From contig CAWFKQ010000016.1 of assembly GCA_963816395.1 (NCBI GenBank), positions 608,001-672,000 on the forward strand: DNA of 64,000 bases, read 5' to 3'. Positions 1-13,561 of the stretch are shown here, piece after piece. The stretch comes from an uncultured delta proteobacterium. Lineage in GTDB: Bacteria; Desulfobacterota; Desulfuromonadia; Desulfuromonadales; JACZKF01. Every line of letters starts with the position of its first letter. Positions within the stretch are counted from its first letter, which is position 1. The notes under the pieces are model-generated. The model was given only the letters and a program-made list of their open reading frames with translations, did no database searches and was not told the DNA's origin. The position numbers and the translations under genes are program-made.

Positions 1-1114
1 TCCGCATCTCGCGAGTCACATCCGCAACGACGGTCGGCTGATAGAAGGCTCCTTCGAATTCGCCGCCGGCGATCATCCGCGCACCCTTGGCGACCGCATC
101 CTGCACCTGAGAATTGAGAAAGGCGCACTGTTTGCTCTCAATCAGGGGCCCGATGACTGTATCAGGCTGGTGCGGGTCACCAATCTTCAATCTCCTGGCC
201 TTTGTCGCCAGTTTTTCGCAGAACTGGTCATAGATTTCCGCCTCGACGATCAGCCGGGAGTTAGCCATGCAGACCTGCCCCTGGTGGAGGAATACGCCGA
301 AAGCTGCGGCATCCACCGCATAGTCGAGATCGGCATCTTTTAGAACGATAAGTGGGCTTTTGCCACCCATTTCAAGGGTGATCTTCTTCTGGTGCCGACC
401 AGCCAACGCGGCAAGCTGCTTGCCGACTTCGGTGGACCCGGTAAAGGTAACCATCCGGATGCGAGGGTCCTCGACCAGCTTATCTCCAAGGGTACTTCCC
501 TTGACCGGTATGACGTTCAACACCCCTTTCGGCAGGCCGGCCGCCACGAACAGTTCGGCGATTTTGAGCCCGATAACCGGAGTGGGTGAGGCCGGCTTGA
601 GAATGAAGGTGTTACCGGCGGCCAGCGCCAGGCAGACTTTCTTCATCGCCAGCAAAAAAGGAAAGTTGAAGGGGGCAATCCCGGCTATAACTCCCAATGG
701 CCGTCGGACGGTCATGGAAAAGACGTTTGGTGAATCGGACGGGATCGTCTCTCCGAAAATACTGCGGCATTCCCCGGCGGCGCTACGCAGCAACGTGACT
801 ACGAAAGATGCTTCGAACATCGCTTTGCCAAGGGTCGCCCCACCTTCATCGATAAGCACGTCGGCAAACTCCGTCAGCCGTTCTTCGAGAATGCTGGCGG
901 CCGTTATCAGAATGGCCTCCCTCTGAGCAGGTGCGGTCCTGCCCCATGAGTCCTTCGCCCCATATGCGGCGGCGATAGCCGCCTCAATATCATCTCTGCT
1001 AGCCTGATGCACCCTTGCATAGACTGCCCCGGTGGCCGGGTTGATGTCATTGGCCACGGTGCCGGTTGAAGACGGGACCCACTCTCCATTGATAAACAGG
1101 CGGTATTCTGTCAT
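1..1114 (-). CDS. NAD(P)-dependent aldehyde dehydrogenase, probably 4-hydroxybenzaldehyde dehydrogenase (runs off the left edge)
   Basis: Read by hand (not in ORF track): ATG at 1114 after a GAGGAG RBS, MTEYRLFINGEW...; ALDH motifs APFNFP, FTGSTEVG, LEMGGKSP, HQGQVC. Substrate inferred from operon context. Confidence 0.9.
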   Translation of the reverse strand, partial: MTEYRLFINGEWVPSSTGTVANDINPATGAVYARVHQASRDDIEAAIAAAYGAKDSWGRTAPAQREAILITAASILEERLTEFADVLIDEGGATLGKAMFEASFVVTLLRSAAGECRSIFGETIPSDSPNVFSMTVRRPLGVIAGIAPFNFPFLLAMKKVCLALAAGNTFILKPASPTPVIGLKIAELFVAAGLPKGVLNVIPVKGSTLGDKLVEDPRIRMVTFTGSTEVGKQLAALAGRHQKKITLEMGGKSPLIVLKDADLDYAVDAAAFGVFLHQGQVCMANSRLIVEAEIYDQFCEKLATKARRLKIGDPHQPDTVIGPLIESKQCAFLNSQVQDAVAKGARMIAGGEFEGAFYQPTVVADVTREMR

Positions 1115-1210
1115 GCCAGATTATCTCCTCTCGCTAGATTGTTTCCGATGGGCATATGCCCTTCCACCGTGGGATATCCCCATATATCCTGCAGGGCTCA
1201 GAACCTTCGC

Positions 1211-1978
1211 TCAGTGGAAAGACAAACCGCCATCGTGGACGATCATCTGCCCGGTGATGAAGGAGCTGTCGTTACTGGCAAGGAAAAGAGCCAGGCCGAT
1301 GAGGTCTTCAGGCACGGCTTCCCGTTTCAGACAACGGGCCTGGAGCTGGAGCTCTTCAAGGGGCGGCAGATCGAGCTGCTTGTTTTTGTCGAAGTTGTTG
1401 CCGCCATCTGAATGGGTGAATCCAGGGGCAATCGTATTGACGTTGATCTTGTAATCCCCCAGTTCCCGGGCCATGGAGCGGGTCAGGGCCATGATGGCCC
1501 CCTTGGAGGCCACATAGTGAGGCATCCCCGGTACCCCCTCGATGACCGAGGAGGAGCCTATGTTGATGACCTTGCCACCCCTGTCTTTCATGTAGGGGAA
1601 CACAGCCTTGATGCAGTTGAACTGGCCGAGTACGTTGACTTCCAGAACCTTCATGAACTCGGCGGCGGAGCATTCGGTAAAAGGCTTCAGGACAATGTTG
1701 CCGAAGATGGCGGCGTTGTTGAGCAGGATATCGACGGAGCCGAAGCGCTCGAAGGCGGCTTTCGCCAGGGCGTCGCACTGCGCATGGTCGGTGACGTCGG
1801 TTTTTACGAAGAAGGCATCACTGCCCTCCTTCTTGACCGCTGCAACGGCATTCTGGCCGTCAAGCACGTCGGCGATGACGATCTTGGCTCCTTGCCTGGC
1901 CAGGCCCACGGCGTAAGCCGCGCCGATGCCCTGCGCAGCACCGGTGATGATGGCTACCTTTCCTTTAAATTTTCCCAT
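1211..1978 (-). CDS. Short-chain dehydrogenase/reductase (SDR)
   Basis: TGAAQGIG, NNAA, YVASK (YxxxK) and NTIAPG motifs; 255 aa with RBS. Confidence 0.95.
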   Translation of the reverse strand: MGKFKGKVAIITGAAQGIGAAYAVGLARQGAKIVIADVLDGQNAVAAVKKEGSDAFFVKTDVTDHAQCDALAKAAFERFGSVDILLNNAAIFGNIVLKPFTECSAAEFMKVLEVNVLGQFNCIKAVFPYMKDRGGKVINIGSSSVIEGVPGMPHYVASKGAIMALTRSMARELGDYKINVNTIAPGFTHSDGGNNFDKNKQLDLPPLEELQLQARCLKREAVPEDLIGLALFLASNDSSFITGQMIVHDGGLSFH

Positions 1979-2135
1979 GGTGCTTCTCCTTTCGTTGGTG
2001 GTTGGATTTGGACGTGTTCTCCACGCCGGCTATTGGTTATCATTCTCCTCAGGCATAGACCGCCAGGTTCTCTCCACGCTCTCGCCCGGATTCAGAGAGG
2101 TGGCGCGCAATGGGAAACCTTGCTTTCAATGCTGC

Positions 2136-3059
2136 TTAGAAGGAGTAGACAAGGTCGATCCAGGTCTGTTTTGCTTCGATGCGGTTTTTGGCGCTGACCG
2201 GCACGACATATTTGCCGAGGACGGCGAATCTTCCACTCTGGTAACGGGCGGCCGGTCCGATGGAAAACTCCCGGTCCTTGGTGTTGTCGCGTTTTTTGCC
2301 GCCGATCTCATCATCCTCGAGCCCCTTCCAGACCCAGCCGGTTACGCCCAGTTTGAATTCCCTGGTCAACGCATAATTCACCATGTAGTCCATGTGCACG
2401 GCCTGTCCGGTCCGATACCCTTTGAGTCCTGTACCTGGCTCGACATAGTCTTCGTTTTTGGTGTGATAGGAGTACATGAACTTGGCGCTCGCCTCGAATC
2501 CGTTAGGAAACAGGCCTGTGATGGCGAAGACCGGTTCGATGATGAAGGCGTTGTTCCCGGCGTTGACAGGCTTTTGGGCGTCGAAATCACCGGTCGGGGT
2601 GATGACATCCAGAACGGTCAGCCAGTGCCATATCCTGGAATGCCAGGCCATTCCGACCCCGAAATAGACGTCTCCCAGGCCGCCGTCATGCCCTTCCACC
2701 TGGATTGGCCCGGCCGGGGTCTGGGCCTTGACATCGGCCTCAACAGTGAGTACCGGAATGATGGAATGCAGAAGGAGGTTGCCGCCAAGTAATCCTTTTT
2801 TCGAGACATAGATCGGGCGAAAAGCGATTGCCGTCAGCGAACCCTCTCCGTCGGTGAACCCCTGTCCTTTATTCTCGATTTTTTTGATGTCCAGGAAGAC
2901 GTTGTAATCGATGAGATGCAGTCCGGGCGGCGGCGCAGCTCCCGCGTAGAAGTCTGCCGTTCCGTTGAAAGAGCTACTGTGGAAGGCCTGGGCTGTCGAG
3001 TGTGAAAGGACCAGTGCCGCCAGGGAAAAGCCAAAGAGCCAACCGCTTGCCAACCTCAT
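2136..3059 (-). CDS. Outer-membrane beta-barrel channel, SphA / phenol MetA-degradation family
   Basis: Signal peptide from ATG 3059, GAAPPPGL motif, PTGDFD motif, C-terminal aromatic residue (YSF). Confidence 0.8.
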   Translation of the reverse strand: MRLASGWLFGFSLAALVLSHSTAQAFHSSSFNGTADFYAGAAPPPGLHLIDYNVFLDIKKIENKGQGFTDGEGSLTAIAFRPIYVSKKGLLGGNLLLHSIIPVLTVEADVKAQTPAGPIQVEGHDGGLGDVYFGVGMAWHSRIWHWLTVLDVITPTGDFDAQKPVNAGNNAFIIEPVFAITGLFPNGFEASAKFMYSYHTKNEDYVEPGTGLKGYRTGQAVHMDYMVNYALTREFKLGVTGWVWKGLEDDEIGGKKRDNTKDREFSIGPAARYQSGRFAVLGKYVVPVSAKNRIEAKQTWIDLVYSF

Positions 3060-3087
3060 GGTGCTGCTTCCATCTCGAGGGAATTTA

Positions 3088-4641
3088 TCAGTCCAGACAT
3101 ATTCCCGATTTGCCGGGAGCAAGAATGTTGTTGGGATCCAGCGCTTTTTTGATGGTGTGCTTGAGTTTCCGCATCGCCGGTCCGTAGGTATCGGCCACTT
3201 TGTCCATGAAGGCCGGGTTGGTCCGGTTGACTCCCCAGCCGTGGCGCGCGAAGACGTTTACCAGCTCTTCGAAACACCGGTGGGCCTGTTGCCTCTCCCT
3301 GCTGCGGTCGAAGCGCAGATCGATGACGTGGCGGGCATCCCGCCAGAAGAAGACGAACTCGCTGAGATAGTCGAAGCCGTATTTGTTGAGAATTTCGCTG
3401 GCGATCTTCGCCTGCTCCATGCACTCGGCGGGGCGGGCGGTGGCCGTCGGGGAGAACCGCATAGCGCCGCCGCCGGCGCGCCACCTGTCGAGGGGATTGC
3501 TCTGGGTGATCCCCCCCATCATCAGCTGCTTCCGATAGTCGAAGACGGGGTCACCCGCGGCTTCCTTTTCGGTGATGATCTGGACCTTGTCGCCGAAGGC
3601 ATTCTTGAAAGTGCCTTTGACGTACATCCAGTTGATGGCCACCTGTTCGGGGGATCCATAGACGGCGCCGTAGAGATTCCAGGCCCCGACGCCGAAGCGT
3701 TCCATCAGCCGGCTGGTCGGGATGACCCCTGTCCCCTGGTTGAGAAAGCCGTTGCTGCTGTTTTTGTGGGCGAAGCTGGTGGCCGCCTCCCAACCGGCAT
3801 TGGTCAGGGCGCAGGCATTGGGGACGATCTGGGCCAGGCGCAGGAACATCAGCGGCTTGATGATGTCCGCGAGCATCTCCGTCCGCGGGAACCTGACGCA
3901 GAAAGGCTTGTAGCCTCCCGGCGGCGGCCCTGCCATCAGCCAGGTGCCGAGCTTGGTGACAATGCCGTTGTTGCCCTGGGAGAACAGGCCGTCGACGTAG
4001 GGACCGAACCCCCACTTGAAGGTCTGCCAGCTGGTGGAGTTGGGGATCCCCCCCATGCCGGTGCGCAGGAGACTGCCGTCGGCGAGCACCGCTTCCATGC
4101 CGCAGGAGAACAGGAAGGTTTCACTGTAGGGGGTATAGGCGGTCCCGCGCTCGAGGATGTTCCCGACGATGCTGACATTGGCGGAAGGGGCCGGGGTGGC
4201 GAGCCAGAGGTTGATGTTGTTCTTCGTCAGATGCTGCTGCAGGTCGGCGTAGGTGACCCCCGGCTCGACCAGGCAGTAGCCGAGTTCCTGGTCGACCGCG
4301 ATGATCTTCTTCATGCTGCTCAGATCGAGCACGATCTGTCCCCTGGTCGCCGGAGCCGAGTAGCCGTACCCCTCGTTTTCACCATTGCACACGGTCCAGA
4401 GAGGGGTCTTGTATTTGTTGGCAATGGCGACGATCGACTGGACCTCTTTTTCCGACTGCGGGTAGATCGCCGCGGAAGGGGCGTGCTGGCCGTCGCTGAC
4501 GGCGAGGGTGTTTTCCAATAGGGCGTCAGCGCTGCCGGGTCGGTGCGGACCCGATCCTCACCCAGAAGCTGGCGATACTCCTGGATGGCTTTGGCAAAGG
4601 CTTCTTCACTCACTCCCTTGGGAAGTGCACAAAGGACTCAT
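3088..4641 (-). CDS. pcmJ: p-cresol methylhydroxylase flavoprotein subunit paralog (VAO/PCMH family), degenerate alpha' type; N-terminal frameshifts
   Basis: VEPGVTY, GNILERG and DPNNILAPGK motifs; ATG 4641 with RBS; ORFs 4320..4613 and 3088..4518 join across 1-nt indels. Symbol assigned from position and degeneracy. Confidence 0.8.
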
Positions 4642-4727
4642 GTTCTATCCTCCTCGACAAAAAACGTGAGTACTGCCCCGCATCAGCGAATGGGCGAATT
4701 CCGCCGGAGCAACGGTTTTGAGGCGGT

Positions 4728-6307
4728 CTGTCCAGGTTGATTCCTGATTTGCCTGGGGCCAGAATGTTGTTGGGATCCAGCGCCTTTTTCAGGGTGTGAT
4801 GGATCTTCCGCATTTCGGGTCCGTAGGAATCGGCCACCTTGTCCATGAAGGCGATGTTGGTGCGGTAGGTTCCCCAGCCTCGTTGGTGAAAACGGTGAGA
4901 AGCTCATCGAAGCAGCTGTAGGCCCTTTTCATCTCCTCCGGCTGGGTGCGGTCGTAGAGCAGATCGATGATGTGGTGCATGTCGCGCCAGCCGACGATAA
5001 ACTCGGAGACATAATCGAAGCCGTACTTGTTGAGGATCTGGGTGGCGATGCTCATCTGCTTGTCGCATTCGGAAGGACGTGCGGACGCCACCGGGGCGAA
5101 CCACATGGAGCCGCCGCCGCCGCGCCAGTTGTAGAGGCCGAACTCCTGCAGGGTGCTGCCTCCCATCATCAACTGGTTGCGGTACTCGAAGATCGGATCG
5201 TCCTTGGCATCCTCTTTCGTACGATTTGGACCTGATCGCCAAATTTGGCTTTGAAGGCTCCGGAGACGTATTTCCAGTTCAGATTCACCTGTTCGGGCGC
5301 ACCGTAGAGGGCGGCATAGAAATTCCAGGCACCGATTTCGTACTTGTTCATGATGTCCTGAAAGACATCAGGGGGCAGGCTGTCCTTACCCTTGTAGAAG
5401 TTGTTCCGGTTGGTCCCCTTGCCGTTTTTGTCGTAGGTAAAGTAACCGGCGGCCTCCCAGCCGGCATTGACCACCACGCAGGCATTGGGGATGATGTTGG
5501 CCAGACGAAGCGGCATGAGTGTCTGGATGATGTCACCGATCATCTCCACCTTGGGGAACTTCATAAGAAAGGGCTTGTAACCGCCTGGCGGCGGGGCATG
5601 CATCAGCCAGGCCCCGAGCTTGGTGATAATTCCGAAGTTGGACTGGGTAAAAAGACCGTCGACATAAGGCCCGTACCCCCATTTGGAGGTCTGCCAGCTG
5701 GTGGTATGAGGCATCCCTCCCGTTCCCGTGCGGATGACCTCCCCATTTGCCAGCACCACCTCCATTCCGCAGGAGAAAGGAAGTGCTCGCCATAGGGGGT
5801 ATAACCGACCCGCGGTCGGCGGAGTTGCCGACGGGACTGGCCATCGCCGAAGGCGCCGGGACATCGACCCAGAGAGGGATTTTGTTCTTCTTCAGATATT
5901 GCTGGAGGTCGTAATAGGTCACCCCGGGCTCGACCAGGCAGTAACCAAGCTCCGCATCGACCTCGATGATCTTCTTCATCGATTTTAGGTCGACCACGAT
6001 CTGCCCCCGAGTGGCCGGAGCCGAGGAGCCGTAACCCATGTTCTTCCCCGTGCTCACCGTCCACAGCGGCGTCTTGTATCGATTGGCAATGCGGACGATC
6101 GCCTGGATCTCATCCACCTTGGTGGGGAAGAGCCGGCCGAAGGTTTGTGGTTTTCCTCGCTGTGCGCGATCATGATCTTCATGTAGGACTGCAGCGACGC
6201 CGGATCGGTGCGGACCCGGTTCTCGCCGAGAATTTCGCGATAATCGCGGATGGCGTTGCGAAGGTTGCTTCCGAAACCCCCTCGGGAAGTGCGACAAAAC
6301 GACTCAT
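4728..6307 (-). CDS. pcmI: p-cresol methylhydroxylase flavoprotein (alpha) subunit, PchF-like; multiple frameshifts, end approximate
   Basis: Fragments in several frames give STGKNMGYGS, VEPGVTY, GYTPYGEH, GYGPYVDGLFTQSNFGI, LQEFGLYNWRGGGGSMWFAPV (covalent-FAD Tyr motif), YRTN and DPNNILAPGK. Confidence 0.88.
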
Positions 6308-6342
6308 ATTCTTTTCCTCTCAGGCTAGGGCCGGTCGCTCTT

Positions 6343-6751
6343 CTAAACGCGCACGGAAAAACGCACCCGGTCGCGTCCTCGTAATCGATATAGTGGAAAC
6401 TGCCGCCGCTGTCGCCGATCGCCTCCTGGATGACGGCGAAAGTGGCCGGGTCCGCCACGCCGAGGAAGGTGTTGACCTCGCCATGGCTTCTTCATAGAGA
6501 GCTTCTCGTTTCAAAATAGAAATCGCTCACCGATCCCTTCAGGGTGTGGACCCTCCAGAAGCCGGGGGCGATCGCTTCATTCGGGAGAATTCGCCTCCCA
6601 CTTCGAGGTGGGGAACGCGCAGACAGATGCCGTTGACGGCCGGAGGGGCGGAAGCTGCGGTCCTCTGGGGGAGAGACGCCTCCGAGGAGGCAAGCACCGC
6701 TCCGGCCAGACAAAATTTCTTGAAAAAACTCCTTCTATCCTTGTCGATCAT
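6343..6751 (-). CDS. Tat-exported accessory protein, PchX-like by position; frameshifted
   Basis: MIDKDRRSFFKKFCLAGAVLA twin-arginine signal; lies between the cytochrome and flavoprotein genes, as in pchCXF. Confidence 0.6.
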
Positions 6752-6755
6752 AGGC

Positions 6756-7121
6756 CTATTCTCCCTCGATTGGCGCTTTGCCGTCGGCTGATAACCCGGG
6801 TTCGCATCGATAAGCCGCCAGGTCCTTGAGATAAGCAACGATGTCATCAAGTTCCTTCTCGCTGACTTCGGACAGCCTGAAAGCTGGCATTGCGTTGTAC
6901 CCGAAACGCGTTTTGTTGCGGATGTACTCGGGATGGAGCTTCTTTCTCGGTCTTCATGTCGAAAATTCCGATGGGACCGATCTGGACATTCTGTTTGTGG
7001 CACATGAGGCAATACATGCCGAAGACGTACGGCATCTTCGGAGGCTCCTCGCGCAAGTACGCCGTTGAAAAGTGCAAGTATCATACGTAGCACGCCAAGT
7101 AATTGCACCTTTCCTCTTCAT
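6756..7121 (-). CDS. Monoheme cytochrome c subunit of p-cresol methylhydroxylase (PchC-like); frameshifted
   Basis: CLMCH heme motif and, in a shifted frame, RFGYNAMPAF (axial Met) followed by SEVSEKELDDIVAYL. Confidence 0.75.
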
Positions 7122-7143
7122 ACCTAACTCCTCTGGAGTTTTT

Positions 7144-8009
7144 TCATCGCCTGATCGATTCACCTTCTAAAAAGAAAGCCACGATTTTCTGCCGTAGAAG
7201 TCGAGGCGGGAAGACCTTTTCGCTGAGGCTCAGTACATAACTGGTCAGGGCCTCGATCTGTTCACGGTTCATGGCGTAGATACGCATCGGTGACCCCGGC
7301 GTGACCTTTGTGGGTTTGAGGAAGTGTTCTCGTACCCAGTTCTGCCGCGAGTGGTTGCCTTCAATATGGGTGAAATCGAAAGAGCTCGTATCCTTGTCGG
7401 CAAAAGCGGTCAGCGCGGGGGCCATGGAGCCGCTCCTTCGTCCACCTTGTGGCAGCCGGAACAGTGCAGGTCCTCGAAGAGCCTTTTCCCTGAACCAGGT
7501 TGTCGGCTCCGATCCCCTCGTAATCCCTGTGGCACCACCCGCATCGGGACTGCATGAGGCTTTTTTCACCATCGGATCCGGCCAGTGGGCAATCGAGCGG
7601 TGAGAAGCCCCTTCGTAGGTGGTGGCCGCACCCTGTCCGCCGTGGCAGATGGTGCAGCCGAACTTTTCCACCGGATGGCTCTCCAGCAGACCGCGAATCG
7701 GATGGGTCGCAGAGGCTGTCCGGCCTCGCGAAGAGGGGATCGTCGATCCCCAGGTGGCAGTCGTACAGCGGTCCACCGTTCCCAGGTCCTCGATGACGAC
7801 CTGGCGGATCTCCGGTCCATGCGCAACCTGGCGTAAAAATCGGGATTCGCGTCGCGGCCGATCTTCTCCAGAAGAAGCGCCCTATTCTTCCTGCATAGCT
7901 TCCACTCCCGCTTCCCGTCGTGGATCGCCGTGGCGCCGAGGAGGGCCATAACGGCCAGTCCGCAGAGGAGGCAGAGTGATGTGAGTTTTCGCAAAACGGC
8001 CCTTTCCAT
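7144..8009 (-). CDS. Membrane-anchored multiheme (about 4 CxxCH) cytochrome c of a bc-like complex; frameshifted, end approximate
   Basis: N-terminal hydrophobic helix; CTICH, CGWCH and CSGCH, plus a fourth motif split by an indel (DRCT../..CHLG); PGSPM near the C-terminus. Confidence 0.75.
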
Positions 8010-8035
8010 GTACTTTCCTCCATCAGGCTCGAATG

Positions 8036-8524
8036 TTACGGCCCGTGTAAGAACCGCCGGCACGGCTCGACCAGGCGACGTGGGGTTTCCTTCCAGACAA
8101 CGAGCTTCTTCCGTTCTGGTTCACCTTGGACGTATCCACCACGAGGGTCCGGGTGTGGTCCATGTAGATCTCGTACCAGGGAAGATTGCGCGGGGCCGCC
8201 CCCCGAGCTCACCCGCGGAGCGAACTTGGAGCCGTGGCAGGGACAGGCGTATCCGACTTCCGGGTTATTCGTCACGGGATTCACAAGACAGCCCAGATGG
8301 GTACAGATCAGGGAAATGGCATGGATGCCTTCTTTCTCCCTCACGATTTCCACCCCCCTCCCCTCGATCACCGTCCGGCTCCCGATCGGATACTGCAGCC
8401 CGCCCACCTTGAAGACTTTCGAGGGCCGTACAGGACTCGCCAGAAAACGGCCACGTGCAACCATCGGCAAATTGTTGCCAGGCAAGGCTGTTCTATCCTC
8501 CTCGGTAAAAAAAGCGGGGGACAA
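8036..8524 (-). CDS. Rieske [2Fe-2S] protein; true start uncertain, sequence degraded
   Basis: CTHLGC and CPCHGS Rieske boxes. Confidence 0.85.
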   Translation of the reverse strand: MSPAFFTEEDRTALPGNNLPMVARGRFLASPVRPSKVFKVGGLQYPIGSRTVIEGRGVEIVREKEGIHAISLICTHLGCLVNPVTNNPEVGYACPCHGSKFAPRVSSGGGPAQSSLVRDLHGPHPDPRGGYVQGEPERKKLVVWKETPRRLVEPCRRFLHGP

Positions 8525-8616
8525 TCTCCTCGTCGTAAAAAAAGAGGTCGAGGGGATGCGAATTTCCGTGCTAGCCTTGTTCTGCTTGTGTGTTGCCTTC
8601 TCGTCCTCGCCAGCAT

Positions 8617-10754
<2,138 letters not shown>

Positions 10755-10982
10755 AACCGGCTCCTTTTCCCTCAAGCAGTTACTTTTGAGGGGCAGATGG
10801 ACTGACTCATCTACTTTTGGGTCTCCCCAGAAAAATAAAAATGTGTTTTCTGCCTTGTATCCTTGCCCGCTTAACTGTGTGAAGTTTTTGGCTTGTAAAT
10901 TCCCGGTTTTCCCATAATTTTTTTGCTTTATTGATGGCAATTCAGTGAGCATTTAGGCTCCAAAGTAGTTGGTTTCCCAAAT

Positions 10983-10998
10983 AGCACGGGATATGCCA
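10983..10998 (-). promoter_or_regulatory. sigma54 (-24/-12) promoter of the pcm operon
   Basis: Minus strand reads TGGCATATCCCGTGCT, with GG and GC at the canonical spacing; adjacent to a sigma54 activator gene. Confidence 0.8.
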
Positions 10999-11117
10999 AA
11001 CATTGTTTGTTATTTTTTGATCACCTAAGTAGTTGAATTATAAAGAGTTGGTGATCTCGGAGGCCCGGCATCCCCTTCCCATGGTCGAGTGCTGAGCCCT
11101 GGCCGGGAGGCAGGAGG

Positions 11118-11175
11118 TGAGCAAATTTATTCATTTCGTCAGTGTCCGTTTATTCTTTTTTCATCATTTGATGAA
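11118..11175. promoter_or_regulatory. Two 16-bp palindromic upstream activating sequences for the XylR/DmpR-type activator
   Basis: TTCATCA-TT-TGATGAA (11160-11175, perfect arms) and imperfect TGAGCAAATTTATTCA (11118-11133), about 120-180 bp upstream of the sigma54 motif. Confidence 0.6.
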
Positions 11176-11502
11176 TTTTCCGGACTGGTAGCGGAAACAT
11201 CGTACTGAGATTCCTGGGAAGGGAACTGTTATTGAGGCCGGACGCCTCGCAGGAGGTTGCCAGATGCAGATGGCGATCTGACGAATGTCTTGATTTCTTT
11301 GGAATTACCAGCTCCAAGCCTCTGAATGATAGCGTATGGTCACTCTAAAAAGCGCTGGGCAGTCCCGGGAGAATCCCTTCCGACTTGCATTAATGGTAAA
11401 AAGGTGTGATATATAACAATGTTTTGTGCGATGAACTCCAGTGCGTCCCCCCCGACGCCTTCCAAAACGCGGCAAAGGCCTAATAAGGGAGAGAGGTAGG
11501 CC

Positions 11503-13206
11503 ATGAGCAAACCCCGCAGAATAAAAAGAATAACCCGCGATGCGAATAGCGACGATTTGCGTGGGCTGCTGCATTTCTGTGCCGAAACCGGCCAGATTTG
11601 GCTCGACGAACACCGCATGCTCCTGGTTCATGCCGAGGCCCAGGGCTGCATGCGCAAGGAGCTGATTAACACCCTGGGCATGGACCGTGGCCGCGGGCTT
11701 CTCCTCCGCATGGGCTTTGCCTCAGGTATGCACGATGCAGAGGTTTTCAGCAGGCGCGACCAGGGGGCGAGTGATCACGAAGCCTTCATGATCGGCACAC
11801 GACTCCATACCCTAGAGGGAATCGTCAAAGTTACTACGACAAGACTGGAAGCTGACCGCGGCGCCGGCAAGTACTACGGCGAGTTTCTCTGGGAAAACTC
11901 CTGGGAGGGTCAATGGCACCGCAAACATCATGGAATTTCCTCTGAGCCGGTCTGCTGGAGCCAGCTCGGCTATGCCTGCGGCTACACCACGGCGCTGATG
12001 GGGCGAACGATCCTGTACAAGGAAGTCGAGTGTGTCGGGATGGGGAACAACACCTGCCGCATCATCGGCAAGCCCATAGAGGAATGGGAAGATGCGGCGA
12101 ACTACACCCGTATCTTCAACGGCGAATCGATCCTCGAGGAGCTCATCGACCTGCAGAACCAGGTCGTTCAGCTGCGTTCGGCCATAGGAAAAAGGAAAAG
12201 CTCCCCTCCGATGTGATAGGCAACTCCCCCCCCTTCCGTGCCGCCTATGACCTGCTCATTCAGGCGGCGGAGGATAGTGAGATTACGGTACTGCTGCAAG
12301 GGGAGACCGGGGTCGGCAAGGAAGTATTCGCCCGCTCCCTGCATGATATGGGGAGCCGCCGAAGCGCGCCTTTCATCGCCATCAACTGCGCAGCCATCCC
12401 TCACGATCTGGTGGAATCGGAGCTTTTCGGAGAGAAAAGGGGGCCTACACCGGCGCCTTGACTGCCCGCCCCGGCCGCTTTGAGAGGGCTCATGGGGCAC
12501 GCTGTTCTGGACGAACGCGGGACTCCCTTTCTGCACAGGCCAAGCTGCTGCGCGTCCTGCAGGAGGGTGAGATCGAGCGGCTCGTGACTGAAAAACGCAA
12601 GATCAACGTCAGACTGGTCGCTGCGACCAACATCGACCTGCGACAGCTGATAAAGGACGGCAAGTTCCGTTCGGACCTCTATTACCGGCTGAACGCGTTC
12701 CAGATCTATATCCCGCCAATTAGAGAGCGCAAGGAAGATATTTTGCTTCTCGCCGAGCGCTTTCTGGAGAAATATTCTGTTGTCCGCGGCAAGAAGTTGC
12801 TCGGATTCACCGATAAAGCAAGCGGGCCCTCCTTGATTATTCCTGGCCGGGGAACATCCGCGAACTGCAGAACATGGTCGAGCGCGGCGTTATTCTCGCC
12901 CCAAGCGGTACCCGTATCGAACTGGAGCAGATGTTCTCGGCGAGCTGCGACGCCCATGCCAAGGAATTCGGTCTCGACGGCAGTGGCGGTCTCGTCATGG
13001 ACGCCCCGGAAGCCGGCGACGATCAACCCGGCAAAGATCTTTACGAGTCCGTCCTGAATGGCAAGATGACTCTTGGCGAAGCGGAGGCGAGATTGATCGA
13101 AGCTGCGGTGAAAAAGGCCAACGGGAACCTCTCCGCAGCGGCGAGGTTGCTCGGCCTGACCCGGCCGCAATTGTCCTATCGCCTTGGGCCGGCTGCACGA
13201 AAATAA
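11503..13206 (+). CDS. XylR/DmpR-family phenolic-sensing sigma54-dependent activator; frameshifted
   Basis: XylR_N/V4R region (GQIWLDEHRMLL, GYACGY, EVECVG), GETGVGKE, GAYTGA, FRSDLYYRLN and C-terminal HTH (AARLLGLTRPQLSYRL) across four ORF pieces. Confidence 0.9.
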
Positions 13207-13561
13207 ACCAGAGCGTCCGGATATCGGCTGGCTACCGCTTAAAGTGAAGCGAGGGGCGATCCTCAAAAATGAAGGACTCTGCTGAGGAAATGCGCCGGTA
13301 ATCGATCGGCTTCAATGTCTCCGAAGGGCCGCCTGATTTCGAAAAGGAGCCCGCTCTAGAACATTGTGCTAAAATTTGGTTGAGCAATGCGCATTTCCAT
13401 GATAGCCTTGGTCAGTCTGCGAAATGCCTTTTTACCACCGATTCGACTTTCTTTTACAACATGTTATTTGCTGAAATGGCTCCGCTCCCAGGCGTAAGGG
13501 ATGAGCATTCACCAGACAGCCAGAGAGTCACCAAACCAAAAACAGAAAAGGAGAGAAATGC

